Numbered from the stretch's first letter, positions 1 through 8,941 are shown. The stretch is 64,000 nucleotides of DNA from Candidatus Eiseniibacteriota bacterium (GCA_963792585.1 CAWBWI010000006.1:640001-704000), one strand, 5' to 3'. Numbers and translations: made by a program. Notes: a model not told the origin generated them from the sequence alone.

Positions 1-122
1 CCGCATTCACCTGACGCGCTGGGCCGTCACGGCCCTGGCAGAGAAACCTAGAAGTTCGAACCATCACCTCGGGCTGCCAGGGCCGCGCCGGCCTCAGCTC
101 GCAGGTGATGCGAACGTTAGGC
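1..122 (+). repeat. attC, long family subtype A (5' end cut by window)
   Basis: CGCATTCACCTG...CAGGTGATGCGAAC GTTAGGC. Confidence 0.92.
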
Positions 123-149
123 GCAGTTGTCTCCTGTGAGGTAATAGCT

Positions 150-641
150 ATGATCTCAATACTGATGATGGCGTTCCTTCTCTCCCCATCAGCAGCCCTT
201 GCCTCCGCTGCCGACGAGGTTGATTTCGAGGCACATCTCGACGCTGAACAGGTTGTGCCGCCTACGGCATCCCCCGGGTCCGCTGTGGTCGCGATCTCAT
301 TCCAGGTCGAGGAGTTAAGCGATCCCCAGCCTGGCAACTTCGACATCGTCTGCGCTGATCTTTCGGGTCCGCCGACTGGCGTTTCCATTAGATGGGGCAA
401 CGCTAGCGAGAATGGTCCGCTTGCACTCACCATTCTCAACCGTTCATTCACTTGCCCAGCCAGTGGGGGCATTAGTGTCCCGTGGAGTGTCCTCAGTCAA
501 TTCTGGCATTCTGACACGCTCTATGTACTGATTCATACCGACGCGTTTCCCGATGGCGAGCTTCGCGGCCAATTCTCAAACGTGACTCCTCCGGCGGTCC
601 AGATGGAGTCCTGGGGATATGTCCGTGGCCTATTCCACTGA
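150..641 (+). CDS. Secreted CHRD-domain protein with C-terminal SWG..RGLFH tail
   Basis: Signal peptide; LYVLIHTDAFPDGELRGQ is a CHRD motif; GAGG RBS before ATG 150. Confidence 0.85.
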   Translation: MISILMMAFLLSPSAALASAADEVDFEAHLDAEQVVPPTASPGSAVVAISFQVEELSDPQPGNFDIVCADLSGPPTGVSIRWGNASENGPLALTILNRSFTCPASGGISVPWSVLSQFWHSDTLYVLIHTDAFPDGELRGQFSNVTPPAVQMESWGYVRGLFH

Positions 642-659
642 CACCATGCCCTACGTCGC

Positions 660-790
660 GCCTAACAGCCGCATGCACCTGACGCGCTGGGCCGTCACGG
701 CCCTGGCAGAGAAGCATAGAGGGCAAAACCATCACCCCGGGCTGCCAGGGCCGCGCCAGCCTCAGCTCGCAGGTGATGCGAACGTTAGAC
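660..790 (+). repeat. attC subtype A (131 bp)
   Basis: GCCTAAC...GTTAGAC. Confidence 0.95.
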
Positions 791-794
791 TGAT

Positions 795-1193
795 ATGAAA
801 TGGCTTGAGCACCGGCGTACCAGGGTTCTCATCATCGTACTTTGCCTCGTCATAGTGGCAGGGAGCGTTGATGGCGGCTTCTATCTGTCGTCGAAGCACC
901 CGGCGTCGTCCCCATCATCCGCTTCGTTACTGCGGCTGATGGCTCAATCCGCCATCCATCCTGTCATTGGATTGGCACTACCGTTCATGGGCCTCGTGCG
1001 ACAGGGTGGACTCGGCGGCTTCCTTGGAATCCTGGCGGTCCTCACCACGGCTCTTGTGGTTCTCGCAGCCCGCCATTTTCTGATTCGGGGGACCTGGAGA
1101 GCGCTCGGCGGGGTTCTCACCGCTGGGCTCTTCTCGTATTGGTTGACCACGCGCTTGCTCTATGAGGTTTTCTATGGATCAGCCTGGTACTGA
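795..1193 (+). CDS. Membrane protein, unknown function (cassette)
   Basis: Several hydrophobic segments; ORF begins 4 nt after R'. Confidence 0.7.
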   Translation: MKWLEHRRTRVLIIVLCLVIVAGSVDGGFYLSSKHPASSPSSASLLRLMAQSAIHPVIGLALPFMGLVRQGGLGGFLGILAVLTTALVVLAARHFLIRGTWRALGGVLTAGLFSYWLTTRLLYEVFYGSAWY

Positions 1194-1355
1194 GGCTCTG
1201 GCCTTCCTCGCGGCTGTTCGCAAGCGTGCGGAGAGCGCAATGGCGCTCACGCCCTCGAGTACCCGGTTCATCCCAGAATCGCCCGTCCAGAATCGCATCC
1301 GGTCGTTCTCCGGCCGTGGAGTCGGCCAAATGATCCCGAACCTCTCGAGGCGCCA

Positions 1356-1486
1356 GTCTAACAGCCGCATTCACCTGACGCGCTGGGCCGTCACGGCCCC
1401 GGCAGAGAAGCATAGAAGGCAAGATCATCGCCCCGGGCTGCCAGGGCCGCGCCGGCCTCAGCCCGCAGGTGATGCGAACGTTAGGC
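1356..1486 (+). repeat. attC subtype A
   Basis: GTCTAAC...GTTAGGC. Confidence 0.95.
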
Positions 1487-1501
1487 TTCTTTGAGGACCT
1501 C

Positions 1502-2168
1502 ATGAGTTCTTCCGACGAGAGGATTCACCCGTTCTTCCGGGCTACCAATCCGCATGGGAACGTCCGCTTCAACTTCCGATCCGCAGCTCCGGAAGAACTT
1601 GTGGCCTTTGCCATGGGTTACCACAAGGCTGGCCGCGTCCTCGTCAAGAGATTGGCACAGGCACCAGGGTATGCGGACTATGATGGCTATCCCATTCTCT
1701 ATCTCTACCGCCACGCCCTTGAGCTCTACTCTTAAGAGCATCATCTACAGAGGCGGAAAGTACCTCGGGCTCATGTCCGAACACACTCTGAATGCGGAAC
1801 GGTTCTTTGGTTCGCATGACCTCACGCGGCTACTACCTGCCGTGCGAGAGGTCTTTGATCACGTTGGGTGGCGCAGCGATCTTGGCATCCCCGGCCTCCT
1901 CACTTGGGTAGACTTCACGAAACTCGTCGAAGCGATTGACTCAATCGACCATGGTTCATACACCTTCAGGTATCCCATGGACAAGCGTGGGGCATCAGCA
2001 CTCCCCCATCACCTCGTGTTGAACGTTGTTGCCTTCGGCCAGCAAATGGATCCCGTCCTCGAGCTTCTAGATGGTGCCGCAAGTGGCCTCAGCGACAAGT
2101 GGGACAACGCAGCAGAGGCATGTTACTTCCTCCAAGAGATCGCAAAGGAATGGGGCAATGAAGCCTAA
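1502..2168 (+). pseudogene. HEPN-like protein, frameshifted near 1730
   Basis: YPILYLYRHALELY continues as LKSII...HDL in another frame; one extra base at ~1730; stop lies inside R''. Confidence 0.7.
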
Positions 2169-2865
2169 CAGCCGCATTCACCTGACGCACTGGGCCGTCA
2201 CGGCCCTGGCAGAGACGCATAGAAGGCAAGACCATCACCCGGGACTGCCAGGGCCGCGCCGGCCACAGCCCGCAGGTGATGCGAACGTTAGGCATCATTT
2301 CGCACTCAATCTTGGCGTCATCCCGATCGCGCTATTCGTCGCTGCATGGTTGTCCGCATCAATCGTGACCGCCGAACCCGTTGATGAATGCGGGCGGTTC
2401 TTCACCTCCACGGGCTGCGTTGAGTTCTACCCCGTACGAGGCCAGGCGATGTACATCACGGATCTCGACAGTCTTCCTCCGGGTGGAACCGAGATACCCT
2501 TCAGACTACGAGGTGATCTCGTTCAGCTCGAGCGGATCTGCGATGGTTGGCTCTTCCACGAATGCATCATCAATGCGGCAGTGCTTCCTTGCGAGCCTGA
2601 GTCTCTCGGGTGTGGAGTTCTTTCGAGAGATAACGAGGATGCGTGCTCGTACTGGACGTCGGCCAAGTACGGCATGTTGGTGACTGCCCTCAATGGTTTC
2701 TCGCCTGGGGATACGGTTCTGGCCGTAGGCATACTGGATTACTCGCTCGGAACTTGGTGCATCGGGATTGGCTTCATCGACAATCCCGTATTCTCCGCTT
2801 GCCCCGACTCGCTTTCGCCTGTCGTTCGCACTACCTGGGGCACTCTCAAGGCGATCTTCAGGTAG
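2158..2865 (+). CDS. Cys-rich secreted protein, TTWG-tail family paralog 1 (start uncertain)
   Basis: Signal-like stretch from ~2293; LGCGVL, FSPGDTV, ACPDS, TTWGTLKAIFR; nearest in-frame ATG ahead of the signal stretch is 2158, before the attC. Confidence 0.75.
   Translation: MKPNSRIHLTHWAVTALAETHRRQDHHPGLPGPRRPQPAGDANVRHHFALNLGVIPIALFVAAWLSASIVTAEPVDECGRFFTSTGCVEFYPVRGQAMYITDLDSLPPGGTEIPFRLRGDLVQLERICDGWLFHECIINAAVLPCEPESLGCGVLSRDNEDACSYWTSAKYGMLVTALNGFSPGDTVLAVGILDYSLGTWCIGIGFIDNPVFSACPDSLSPVVRTTWGTLKAIFR
2163..2293 (+). repeat. attC subtype A
   Basis: GCCTAAC...GTTAGGC. Confidence 0.95.
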
Positions 2866-2875
2866 GAGGTCTGAT

Positions 2876-3006
2876 GCCTAACAGACGCGTTCACCTGCCG
2901 GGCGGCTCCGTCACGGCCCTGGCGAGGAAGCCGATGAAGATGAATCACCACCCGGTGCCGCCAGGTCCGCGCCGGACCTCGCCCGCAGGTGACGCGAACG
3001 TTAGAT
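2876..3006 (+). repeat. attC subtype B
   Basis: GCCTAAC..CGCGTTCACCTGCCGGGCGG...CAGGTGACGCGAAC GTTAGAT; compensatory changes versus subtype A. Confidence 0.95.
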
Positions 3007-3029
3007 GAACTTGAGGTGGAGGTAGCGCC

Positions 3030-3662
3030 ATGCGTGACATAGCCCCAGATGAGGTGCCAGAAGCGCGCGCATCTTGTCAACCAGTGCTTCGACTCTTCTT
3101 ACTCTTCGCCGCCATCCTCCTCGTCGGCCCGGCGCATTCCGGACCGCCCCGATATGCTCCCGAGCGGGGCTACCTAACAACGGGCGTGCTACGTCGGCAA
3201 CCACCCGACACATGTCTCGTCCTCGTGAACCTCATGCAAGTTCCCCCTGCACTGCTCGACACCTATGACGCGTTCGCCGAGGGCGACACAGTAGTCGTTA
3301 CCGGCGATCTCCCGGTCAATCTCCCGAATCTCTTCTGCGGAGTTGAGTTCTGGATTCACCACAACCGAGTGTTTCCGTACAGGGGTGTGATTGACCTTGA
3401 GTGCGGCGTACTTGTTGAAGACGACCCAGGGGACTGCGGGTACTTTGACTCATTCCGATTTGGTAGGTTCCACACTGGCATGGGCCCTCCGTTTTCCGAT
3501 GGCGACTCGGTTCATGTCTGGGGCCGTTTCCGCGAAGACTGGTATTCATGGTGTTCCTCCGACTACCCGGCGACGGAAGTAACCAAGATCATTGCCTGCC
3601 CTGACACGAGTACTGCCGTCCAACCGACAACTTGGGGTCGGCTCCGGGTTCTCTTTCGGTAG
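3030..3662 (+). CDS. Cys-rich secreted protein, TTWG-tail family paralog 2
   Basis: GGAGG RBS, signal peptide, LECGVL, FSDGDSV, ACPDT, TTWGRLRVLFR. Confidence 0.85.
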   Translation: MRDIAPDEVPEARASCQPVLRLFLLFAAILLVGPAHSGPPRYAPERGYLTTGVLRRQPPDTCLVLVNLMQVPPALLDTYDAFAEGDTVVVTGDLPVNLPNLFCGVEFWIHHNRVFPYRGVIDLECGVLVEDDPGDCGYFDSFRFGRFHTGMGPPFSDGDSVHVWGRFREDWYSWCSSDYPATEVTKIIACPDTSTAVQPTTWGRLRVLFR

Positions 3663-3678
3663 GCAATATGTGGGAGTC

Positions 3679-3809
3679 ATCTAACTGCCGCGTTCACCTG
3701 CCGGGCGGGTCCGTCACGGCCCTGGCGAGGAAGCCTATGATGATAAATCACCACCTGGTGGCGCCAGGTCCGCGCCGGACCTCGCCCGCAGGTGACGCGA
3801 ACGTTAGAT
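3679..3809 (+). repeat. attC subtype B
   Basis: ATCTAAC...GTTAGAT. Confidence 0.95.
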
Positions 3810-3825
3810 GCCTTGGGGGTGCAGC

Positions 3826-4338
3826 ATGGGCGTAGCACCTGGCTTCATGGCAGCTTGCCTCTTGACTACCCTGCTGTATGGAGGAAGCAGTACTGCCCAC
3901 GCTGACCCCTTCGTCATTGGCGGAGTGCCAGTGTCCTATTCATTGGCCGATCTCAAGATTACCTTGTCATATGGCTTGTCCGACGAAGTAGTCCTCGACG
4001 GCTCCACTGGACAGGCCACGAGGACCGTCCGATCGTCGACGGACTCAACGCACGTGGTTACTCGCACTCTTGATGACAGGGAGGTTGTTGACCTTCTCAG
4101 TCGGTTCTACGAGATGCACTTCTTCGAATTCCCAGTGGAGTTCCATTCATTCTCTGGAATGGAGTTCAACCCCGATGGCCGATGGGTCAATACCGTCGCG
4201 GCTTGTACTGATCACTTCGCAACGCTTACTGTCCGCATAGGTTCATTCACGAAGGAAGTACGCATCCGCAAGACGTCTTCCCCACCAGTCCTTCTAGCAA
4301 TGGCCGATAGCCTCCGCACTCTTGCGAGGACGCGATGA
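3826..4338 (+). CDS. Secreted hypothetical protein (cassette; start 3808 or 3826)
   Basis: Signal peptide ending AHA; ORF fills the cassette. Confidence 0.75.
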   Translation: MGVAPGFMAACLLTTLLYGGSSTAHADPFVIGGVPVSYSLADLKITLSYGLSDEVVLDGSTGQATRTVRSSTDSTHVVTRTLDDREVVDLLSRFYEMHFFEFPVEFHSFSGMEFNPDGRWVNTVAACTDHFATLTVRIGSFTKEVRIRKTSSPPVLLAMADSLRTLARTR

Positions 4339-4348
4339 ACCACGAGGC

Positions 4349-4479
4349 ATCTAACTGCCGCATTCACCTGACGCGCTGGGTCGTCACGGCCCTGGCAGAG
4401 AAGCATAGCAGCTCGAACCATCACCCCGGGCTGCCAGGGCCGCGCCGGCCTCAGCCCGCAGGTGATGCGAACGTTAGAT
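4349..4479 (+). repeat. attC subtype A
   Basis: ATCTAAC...GTTAGAT. Confidence 0.95.
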
Positions 4480-4568
4480 GTGTGAGTTACTCAGCTCCGC
4501 CATTCCCTGACAGGGGGGCGCTGAAGTCAAGACAGGCAACGACAAACCAGAACCACCCTCAGAGAGGT

Positions 4569-4988
4569 TTGTCCAGCTTCCGCGCCCAATCCGCTCGGCG
4601 AGCAGGCTTTCTCACAGTGTTGCTTGCCTGCGCTAGTTTCGGTGGATGCGGCCTCAGGACCGTCTGCAAAGTCGGCACGGGAGCTCACGTCACGCAAGAA
4701 TGCCTTTCTTTGCGGATCAGGGCCGGGCAGGAAATCTGGGTCGATTCCACCTCGCGGGACCGGCAATCTGGGTATTACCTCGGCGTCCGAGACTTCGACG
4801 GTCAGCCAACCCTTGTCCTCGGACGCTATTCCCCGCTCCAGGCGTCCGGCTTCGACTCCAGCCGCATCCGAACGGACCACATACGACAGGTTCTGCGTCA
4901 TCGCGAGGCACCCTCCTACCTTGCCATCACCGCGATGGGAGGGATCGTCTTGGCGGGCGCGATCCTCATCGCCACTCAGGGGAGTTGA
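4569..4988 (+). CDS. Putative lipoprotein/membrane-anchored protein (start uncertain; frame open from ATG 4335)
   Basis: Lipobox-like FGGC and a C-terminal TM segment. Confidence 0.6.
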   Translation: MSSFRAQSARRAGFLTVLLACASFGGCGLRTVCKVGTGAHVTQECLSLRIRAGQEIWVDSTSRDRQSGYYLGVRDFDGQPTLVLGRYSPLQASGFDSSRIRTDHIRQVLRHREAPSYLAITAMGGIVLAGAILIATQGS

Positions 4989-5055
4989 GGCCCATGATGA
5001 TGCATTGGTCTACTCTGTTGTCTCTCTTCCATGAAGGGATCGAGCGTGCCTTCAC

Positions 5056-5186
5056 ATCTAACAGCCGCATTCACCTGACGCGCTGGGCCGTCACGGCCCT
5101 GGCAGAGAAGCATAGAAGCTCGGATCATCGCTTCGGGCTGCCAGGGCCGCGCCGGCCTCAGCTCGCAGGTGATGCGAACGTTAGGC
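5056..5186 (+). repeat. attC subtype A
   Basis: ATCTAAC...GTTAGGC. Confidence 0.95.
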
Positions 5187-5201
5187 ACGAAGGAGCCTCA
5201 G

Positions 5202-5780
5202 GTGAGAAGTAGCATCTTTCTTGGAGTGACCTGCTTGGCGGTCATCGCAGTAAGCGGACTAGCGGCGCCTTTCGATCGGTGTGGACAGATCAAGAGTACC
5301 CCGTATTGCGACCACTTCGCCCCGCTCTCTCCGACAGGTCCTTGGTACCGCATCGAGTTGCCATCGATGCCGGACACCTCGGCGCTCACCGTGTACCGTG
5401 TGATCGGCGAGACCATTCCTTCCGATGTGGAATGCAACCCTTCTTACAATGACTCGTGCATTGTCAATTGCAGCGTTTCCGTGTGTCCATCGGCGGATCT
5501 CGGATGCGGAGTACTTTCAAGAGTCTATGATCCCCGCATTGGGTACCTCTGCTTCATCTGGACATCGCCCGTCTACGGATCCCTCATAACACTCTCCAAC
5601 GGCTTCGTTCCTGGAGATACGGTCCACGTCGTAGGCATCGCTGACCGCAGAGGTGTAACTGGTCCATGTGACGTTGCCGAAGGGTACATATGGAACGAAG
5701 TGCTCACTGCTTGTTCAGACTCTGTTTCATCGACCGAGGAAACTACATGGGGAAGACTGAAGTTTCTCTTCCGGAGGTAA
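5202..5780 (+). CDS. Cys-rich secreted protein, TTWG-tail family paralog 3
   Basis: AAGGAG RBS + GTG; signal peptide; LGCGVL, FVPGDTV, ACSDS, TTWGRLKFLFRR. Confidence 0.85.
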   Translation: MRSSIFLGVTCLAVIAVSGLAAPFDRCGQIKSTPYCDHFAPLSPTGPWYRIELPSMPDTSALTVYRVIGETIPSDVECNPSYNDSCIVNCSVSVCPSADLGCGVLSRVYDPRIGYLCFIWTSPVYGSLITLSNGFVPGDTVHVVGIADRRGVTGPCDVAEGYIWNEVLTACSDSVSSTEETTWGRLKFLFRR

Positions 5781-5788
5781 TGGCAGGT

Positions 5789-5918
5789 GCGTAACAGCCG
5801 CGTTCACCTGCCGGGCGGATCCGTCACGGCCCTGGCGAGGAAGCAATGAAGATGAATCACCACCTGCTGCCGCCAGGACCGCGCCGGACCTCGCCCGCAG
5901 GTGACGCGAACGTTAGAA
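5789..5918 (+). repeat. attC subtype B (130 bp)
   Basis: GCGTAAC...GTTAGAA; one base shorter in the loop. Confidence 0.92.
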
Positions 5919-5942
5919 CGTCTTACCTGCACGGAGGAGCAA

Positions 5943-6896
5943 GTGTCCGTCGATAAATGCCCAGTCTGCCACATCGTGCTGGCCCAGCCCGTCTGCGAGC
6001 ACTTCGACAGGGACGCACGAACCTACCCATGCTCTAACTGCGGTGAGTTCACGCTCACACGGCCCTCGGAGATGTTTGTGGCAGAGCTTGGCCGCGACGC
6101 CCCAAGGAAGCTCCTGGTTCTTAGCCACGCCATACGCAAGATGGTAGTCAGGTCTACAAACCCGACTCTGCTTCCTGAACTGATTCGACAGATCGCCGAG
6201 AACACCGACCTACCCAACCCGGATGAGCAACTGACAAATCTGCTTCTCTGGCTTGGCCAGAACCTCGACCACCTCGGAGAGATGATCCAACTCCTACCGG
6301 AGGAGCATGCGGCGGTAATCGGCTCAGCAGGCGATGATAACTTCGTTGCCGTCTGTACCGAACTCAGTGATCGCGGTTGGTTCGTCGGCACAGCGACAAC
6401 CGGGCCAACATTCATAGGCTCTCTCTCCTTCGACGGTTGGCGGGTCTATCAGAAGCTGAGAAGAGGTCTCGCGGAGTCTCGCAAGGCGTTCATGGCGATG
6501 GCGTATGGCGATGGCGTGCTGGATGCTCTCTTCCGGGATTGCCTGAAACCGGCTGTAGCCAAGACAGGTTTTGACCTCCGAAGACTCGACGAAGATCTTC
6601 GGGCCGGGTTGATTGACGACCGGCTTCGCGTCGAGATCCTCACAAGTCGGTTTCTGATTGCGGACCTTACTAACGACAATCGTGGCGCCTACTGGGAAGC
6701 GGGTTATGCAGAGGGTTTGGGTAAGCCTGTCATCTACCTGTGTGAGCGGGCATATTTCGATGAGAGGAAGACTCATTTCGACACGAACCATCAGCACACG
6801 GTTCTCTGGAACTCCTCTCAGCCGACGGCTCTTGCCTCTTCACTGAAGGTAACGATTCGCGCGACCCTACCGGAGGAAGCCGTTCTTGAGGACTAG
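5943..6896 (+). CDS. Zn-ribbon + nucleoside 2-deoxyribosyltransferase/TIR-like domain protein
   Basis: CPVC...CSNC; AFMAM...IADLT..N.GAYWEAGYAEGLGKPVIY. Confidence 0.8.
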   Translation: MSVDKCPVCHIVLAQPVCEHFDRDARTYPCSNCGEFTLTRPSEMFVAELGRDAPRKLLVLSHAIRKMVVRSTNPTLLPELIRQIAENTDLPNPDEQLTNLLLWLGQNLDHLGEMIQLLPEEHAAVIGSAGDDNFVAVCTELSDRGWFVGTATTGPTFIGSLSFDGWRVYQKLRRGLAESRKAFMAMAYGDGVLDALFRDCLKPAVAKTGFDLRRLDEDLRAGLIDDRLRVEILTSRFLIADLTNDNRGAYWEAGYAEGLGKPVIYLCERAYFDERKTHFDTNHQHTVLWNSSQPTALASSLKVTIRATLPEEAVLED

Positions 6897-6912
6897 CCAT
6901 GGTTGCTGCGCT

Positions 6913-7043
6913 TTCTAACTGCTGGATTCCCCTGACGCGCTGGGCCGTCACGGCCCCGGCAGAGAAGCATAGAAAGCTAGACCATCACCCGGGGCTGCCA
7001 GGGCCGCGCCGGCCTCAGCTCGCAGGTGATGCGAACGTTATGG
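6913..7043 (+). repeat. attC subtype A
   Basis: TTCTAAC...GTTATGG. Confidence 0.95.
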
Positions 7044-7058
7044 GCATGTGATGCGCTC

Positions 7059-7087
7059 TTGCATCATAACTACACTGTAGGTACAAT
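7059..7087 (+). promoter_or_regulatory. Sigma70-like promoter of the TA cassette with internal palindrome
   Basis: TTGCAT-17 bp-TACAAT; CTACAcTGTAG 7070-7080; ATG 6 nt after the -10 (leaderless). Confidence 0.7.
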
Positions 7088-7093
7088 GGCGTT

Positions 7094-7387
7094 ATGGTAG
7101 ATCTTCGCTTTGAGTGGGATAGCCAGAAGGCCGTAGCCAATCTGCGCAAGCATGCCATTTCCTTCGAGGAGGCCGTCAGTGTCTTCTCGGATGAACATGC
7201 ATTGCTACTTACCGACCCCGATCACTCCGAAGCCGAAGACAGGTTCATTCTCCTTGGCCTCAGTGCGGACCTTCGAGCCCTCGTCGTCTGCCACTGCTAC
7301 CGCCAGGAGGAGGTCATTCGCATATTCTCTGCTCGGCGCGCAACCAAGAAGGAGCGGGAGCAGTACAACAGAAGGTGGATGCAATGA
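7094..7387 (+). CDS. brnT: BrnT family toxin
   Basis: FEWDSQKAVANLRKHAISFEEA...EDRF...IRIFSARRATKKE. Confidence 0.9.
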   Translation: MVDLRFEWDSQKAVANLRKHAISFEEAVSVFSDEHALLLTDPDHSEAEDRFILLGLSADLRALVVCHCYRQEEVIRIFSARRATKKEREQYNRRWMQ

Positions 7388-7602
7388 GGAAGGAATACGA
7401 CTTCACCAAGGCCAAGCGCAATCCCTATGCAGCACGCCTCAAGCGGCAGGTGACGATCAGGCTCGACGGCGGCACGATCAAGTATTTCAAGGATCTCGCC
7501 GAGGAAACAGGAATCCCTTACCAGACCCTGATCAACCTCTACCTGAGGGAGTGCGCTGCTAATCGCAAGAAGCTCTCCCTAAGCTGGATGGGCACAGCCT
7601 AG
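7384..7602 (+). CDS. brnA: BrnA/CopG-like antitoxin
   Basis: MRKEYDF...VTIRLD...GIPYQTLINLYL; ATGA overlap with the toxin. Confidence 0.85.
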   Translation: MRKEYDFTKAKRNPYAARLKRQVTIRLDGGTIKYFKDLAEETGIPYQTLINLYLRECAANRKKLSLSWMGTA

Positions 7603-7610
7603 TCCATGGC

Positions 7611-7741
7611 CCATAACTGCCGCATTCACCTGACGCGCTGGGCCATCACGGCCCTGGCAGAGAAGCATAGAAGGCAAAACCATCACCTCGGGCTGCCAGG
7701 GCCGCGCCAGCCTGTGCCCGCAGGTGATGCGAACGTTGGGC
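7611..7741 (+). repeat. attC subtype A
   Basis: CCATAAC...GTTGGGC. Confidence 0.95.
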
Positions 7742-7929
7742 GGACCGAAGCACCATCGAATTTCACGGCGCCGCCCGGTGGCCCCGGCCTGCGTGTGAGC
7801 CAGGCCGGCCGGGGCAAGCGGCGCCGCGAGGTCAGCCGTGAGGAGCGATCGCCCACTCGCTGGTGGTTTGCCACGAGGGATCGAGGTCGGGACGAATGAC
7901 CCAGGCGGCCGACCGCCAGATCGACGACT

Positions 7930-8445
7930 TCATCCCTGTCCCAAACTCGCGCCCAGGGTGACGAGAAGCTCGTCCAGTTGCTCGAACGTCTCTCCCATCG
8001 CATCCGCCGCCCCGGTGCCGGCGGCGTCGAGAGCTTCTTTCGAGGGATAGAGCTCGTGCATCACCAGCAACGTCTTGTCGCCTTCTCCCGCGAAGGTCAC
8101 CGTCGTGACGGAACCCTCGTCACTTTCCTCATTGGTCCACACGAGGCGCGAGTGCGGTGTTACTTCCTTGTACGTGCCGAAGAACGCCATCTGTGAGTCC
8201 CCGTGTGCGAACTCCAAACGGTACCTGCCCCCGACACGAACATCCATTTCGCAGGAAAGCAGGGACATTCCCATCGACTTCGGCACCCACCACTGCCTGA
8301 ACAGCTCGGGCTTGGTCCACGCCTCGAACACGAGGCGCGCCGGGCCGTTGAAAGTTCGCCTGACGACGAGCTCACGCTCGGACTTTCGCTCCACCGTCGT
8401 ACGGTTCTTCAGGGGGGCAACCTCACTCTCTCTTCCTGCGTCCAT
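7930..8445 (-). CDS. SRPBCC/AHSA1 family protein
   Basis: ELVVRRTFNGPARLVFEAWTKPEL...DVRVGGRYR. Confidence 0.9.
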   Translation of the reverse strand: MDAGRESEVAPLKNRTTVERKSERELVVRRTFNGPARLVFEAWTKPELFRQWWVPKSMGMSLLSCEMDVRVGGRYRLEFAHGDSQMAFFGTYKEVTPHSRLVWTNEESDEGSVTTVTFAGEGDKTLLVMHELYPSKEALDAAGTGAADAMGETFEQLDELLVTLGASLGQG

Positions 8446-8788
8446 CGGTATTCTCCTTCCGTTTCAGTTCGTTGACAACCTTGTCCAACTCGTCGAATCG
8501 TGCGTCCCAGAGCTGGCGGTACCTCTCGAGCCACGCCGTCTCTTCCTCCAATCGGCGCGGGCCGAGCTTGCAGGTCCGTACGCGCCCGACCTTCTCGGTG
8601 GTCACGAGCCCGGCCTCCACCAAGACGTCGACGTGCTTCATCATGCCCGTGAGGGTCATGTGGAACTTCTCCGCAAGGTCCGAGATCGAAGCGTCGGAAC
8701 GTCCGAGCCGCTCCAGGACGCCGCGTCGGGTGGCATCCGAGAGCGCGGCGAACGAGTCACCGAGGCGGGCTTGCGTATACTGAACCAT
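8423..8788 (-). CDS. ArsR/SmtB family regulator
   Basis: FAALSDATRRGVLERL...KHVDVLVEAGLV...GRVR. Confidence 0.9.
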   Translation of the reverse strand: MVQYTQARLGDSFAALSDATRRGVLERLGRSDASISDLAEKFHMTLTGMMKHVDVLVEAGLVTTEKVGRVRTCKLGPRRLEEETAWLERYRQLWDARFDELDKVVNELKRKENTDGRRKRE

Positions 8789-8824
8789 ACGGTTCAGTAT
8801 ACGACACAGGGGGGCCGTATGCAA
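8774..8824 (-). promoter_or_regulatory. Leaderless promoter and operator for the ArsR-SRPBCC operon
   Basis: TTGCAT(8824-8819)-17-TATACT(8801-8796); perfect 13-bp inverted repeat CGTATACTGAACC/GGTTCAGTATACG 8774-8803. Confidence 0.75.
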
Positions 8825-8854
8825 GGGGAGGCTTTCGACCGCGGCTCGGCCGCC

Positions 8855-8941
8855 GCCCAACAAGGCGTTGCAGCAGACGGGCTTGTCGGTCGCGCTGCGC
8901 GTTCCCTCTGGCGCCCGCTGCTGATCGCCGGTACGTCGGGC
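8855..8941 (+). repeat. attC, short type (R' mutated to GTCGGGC)
   Basis: GCCCAAC..TTGCAGCAG...CTGCTGA. Confidence 0.8.

Noticed and set aside
1..7741. CRISPR array interpretation of the regular repeats
   Set aside because: Repeats are ~131 bp, spacers are whole genes of 0.5-1 kb, there are no cas genes, and the ends match attC cores.
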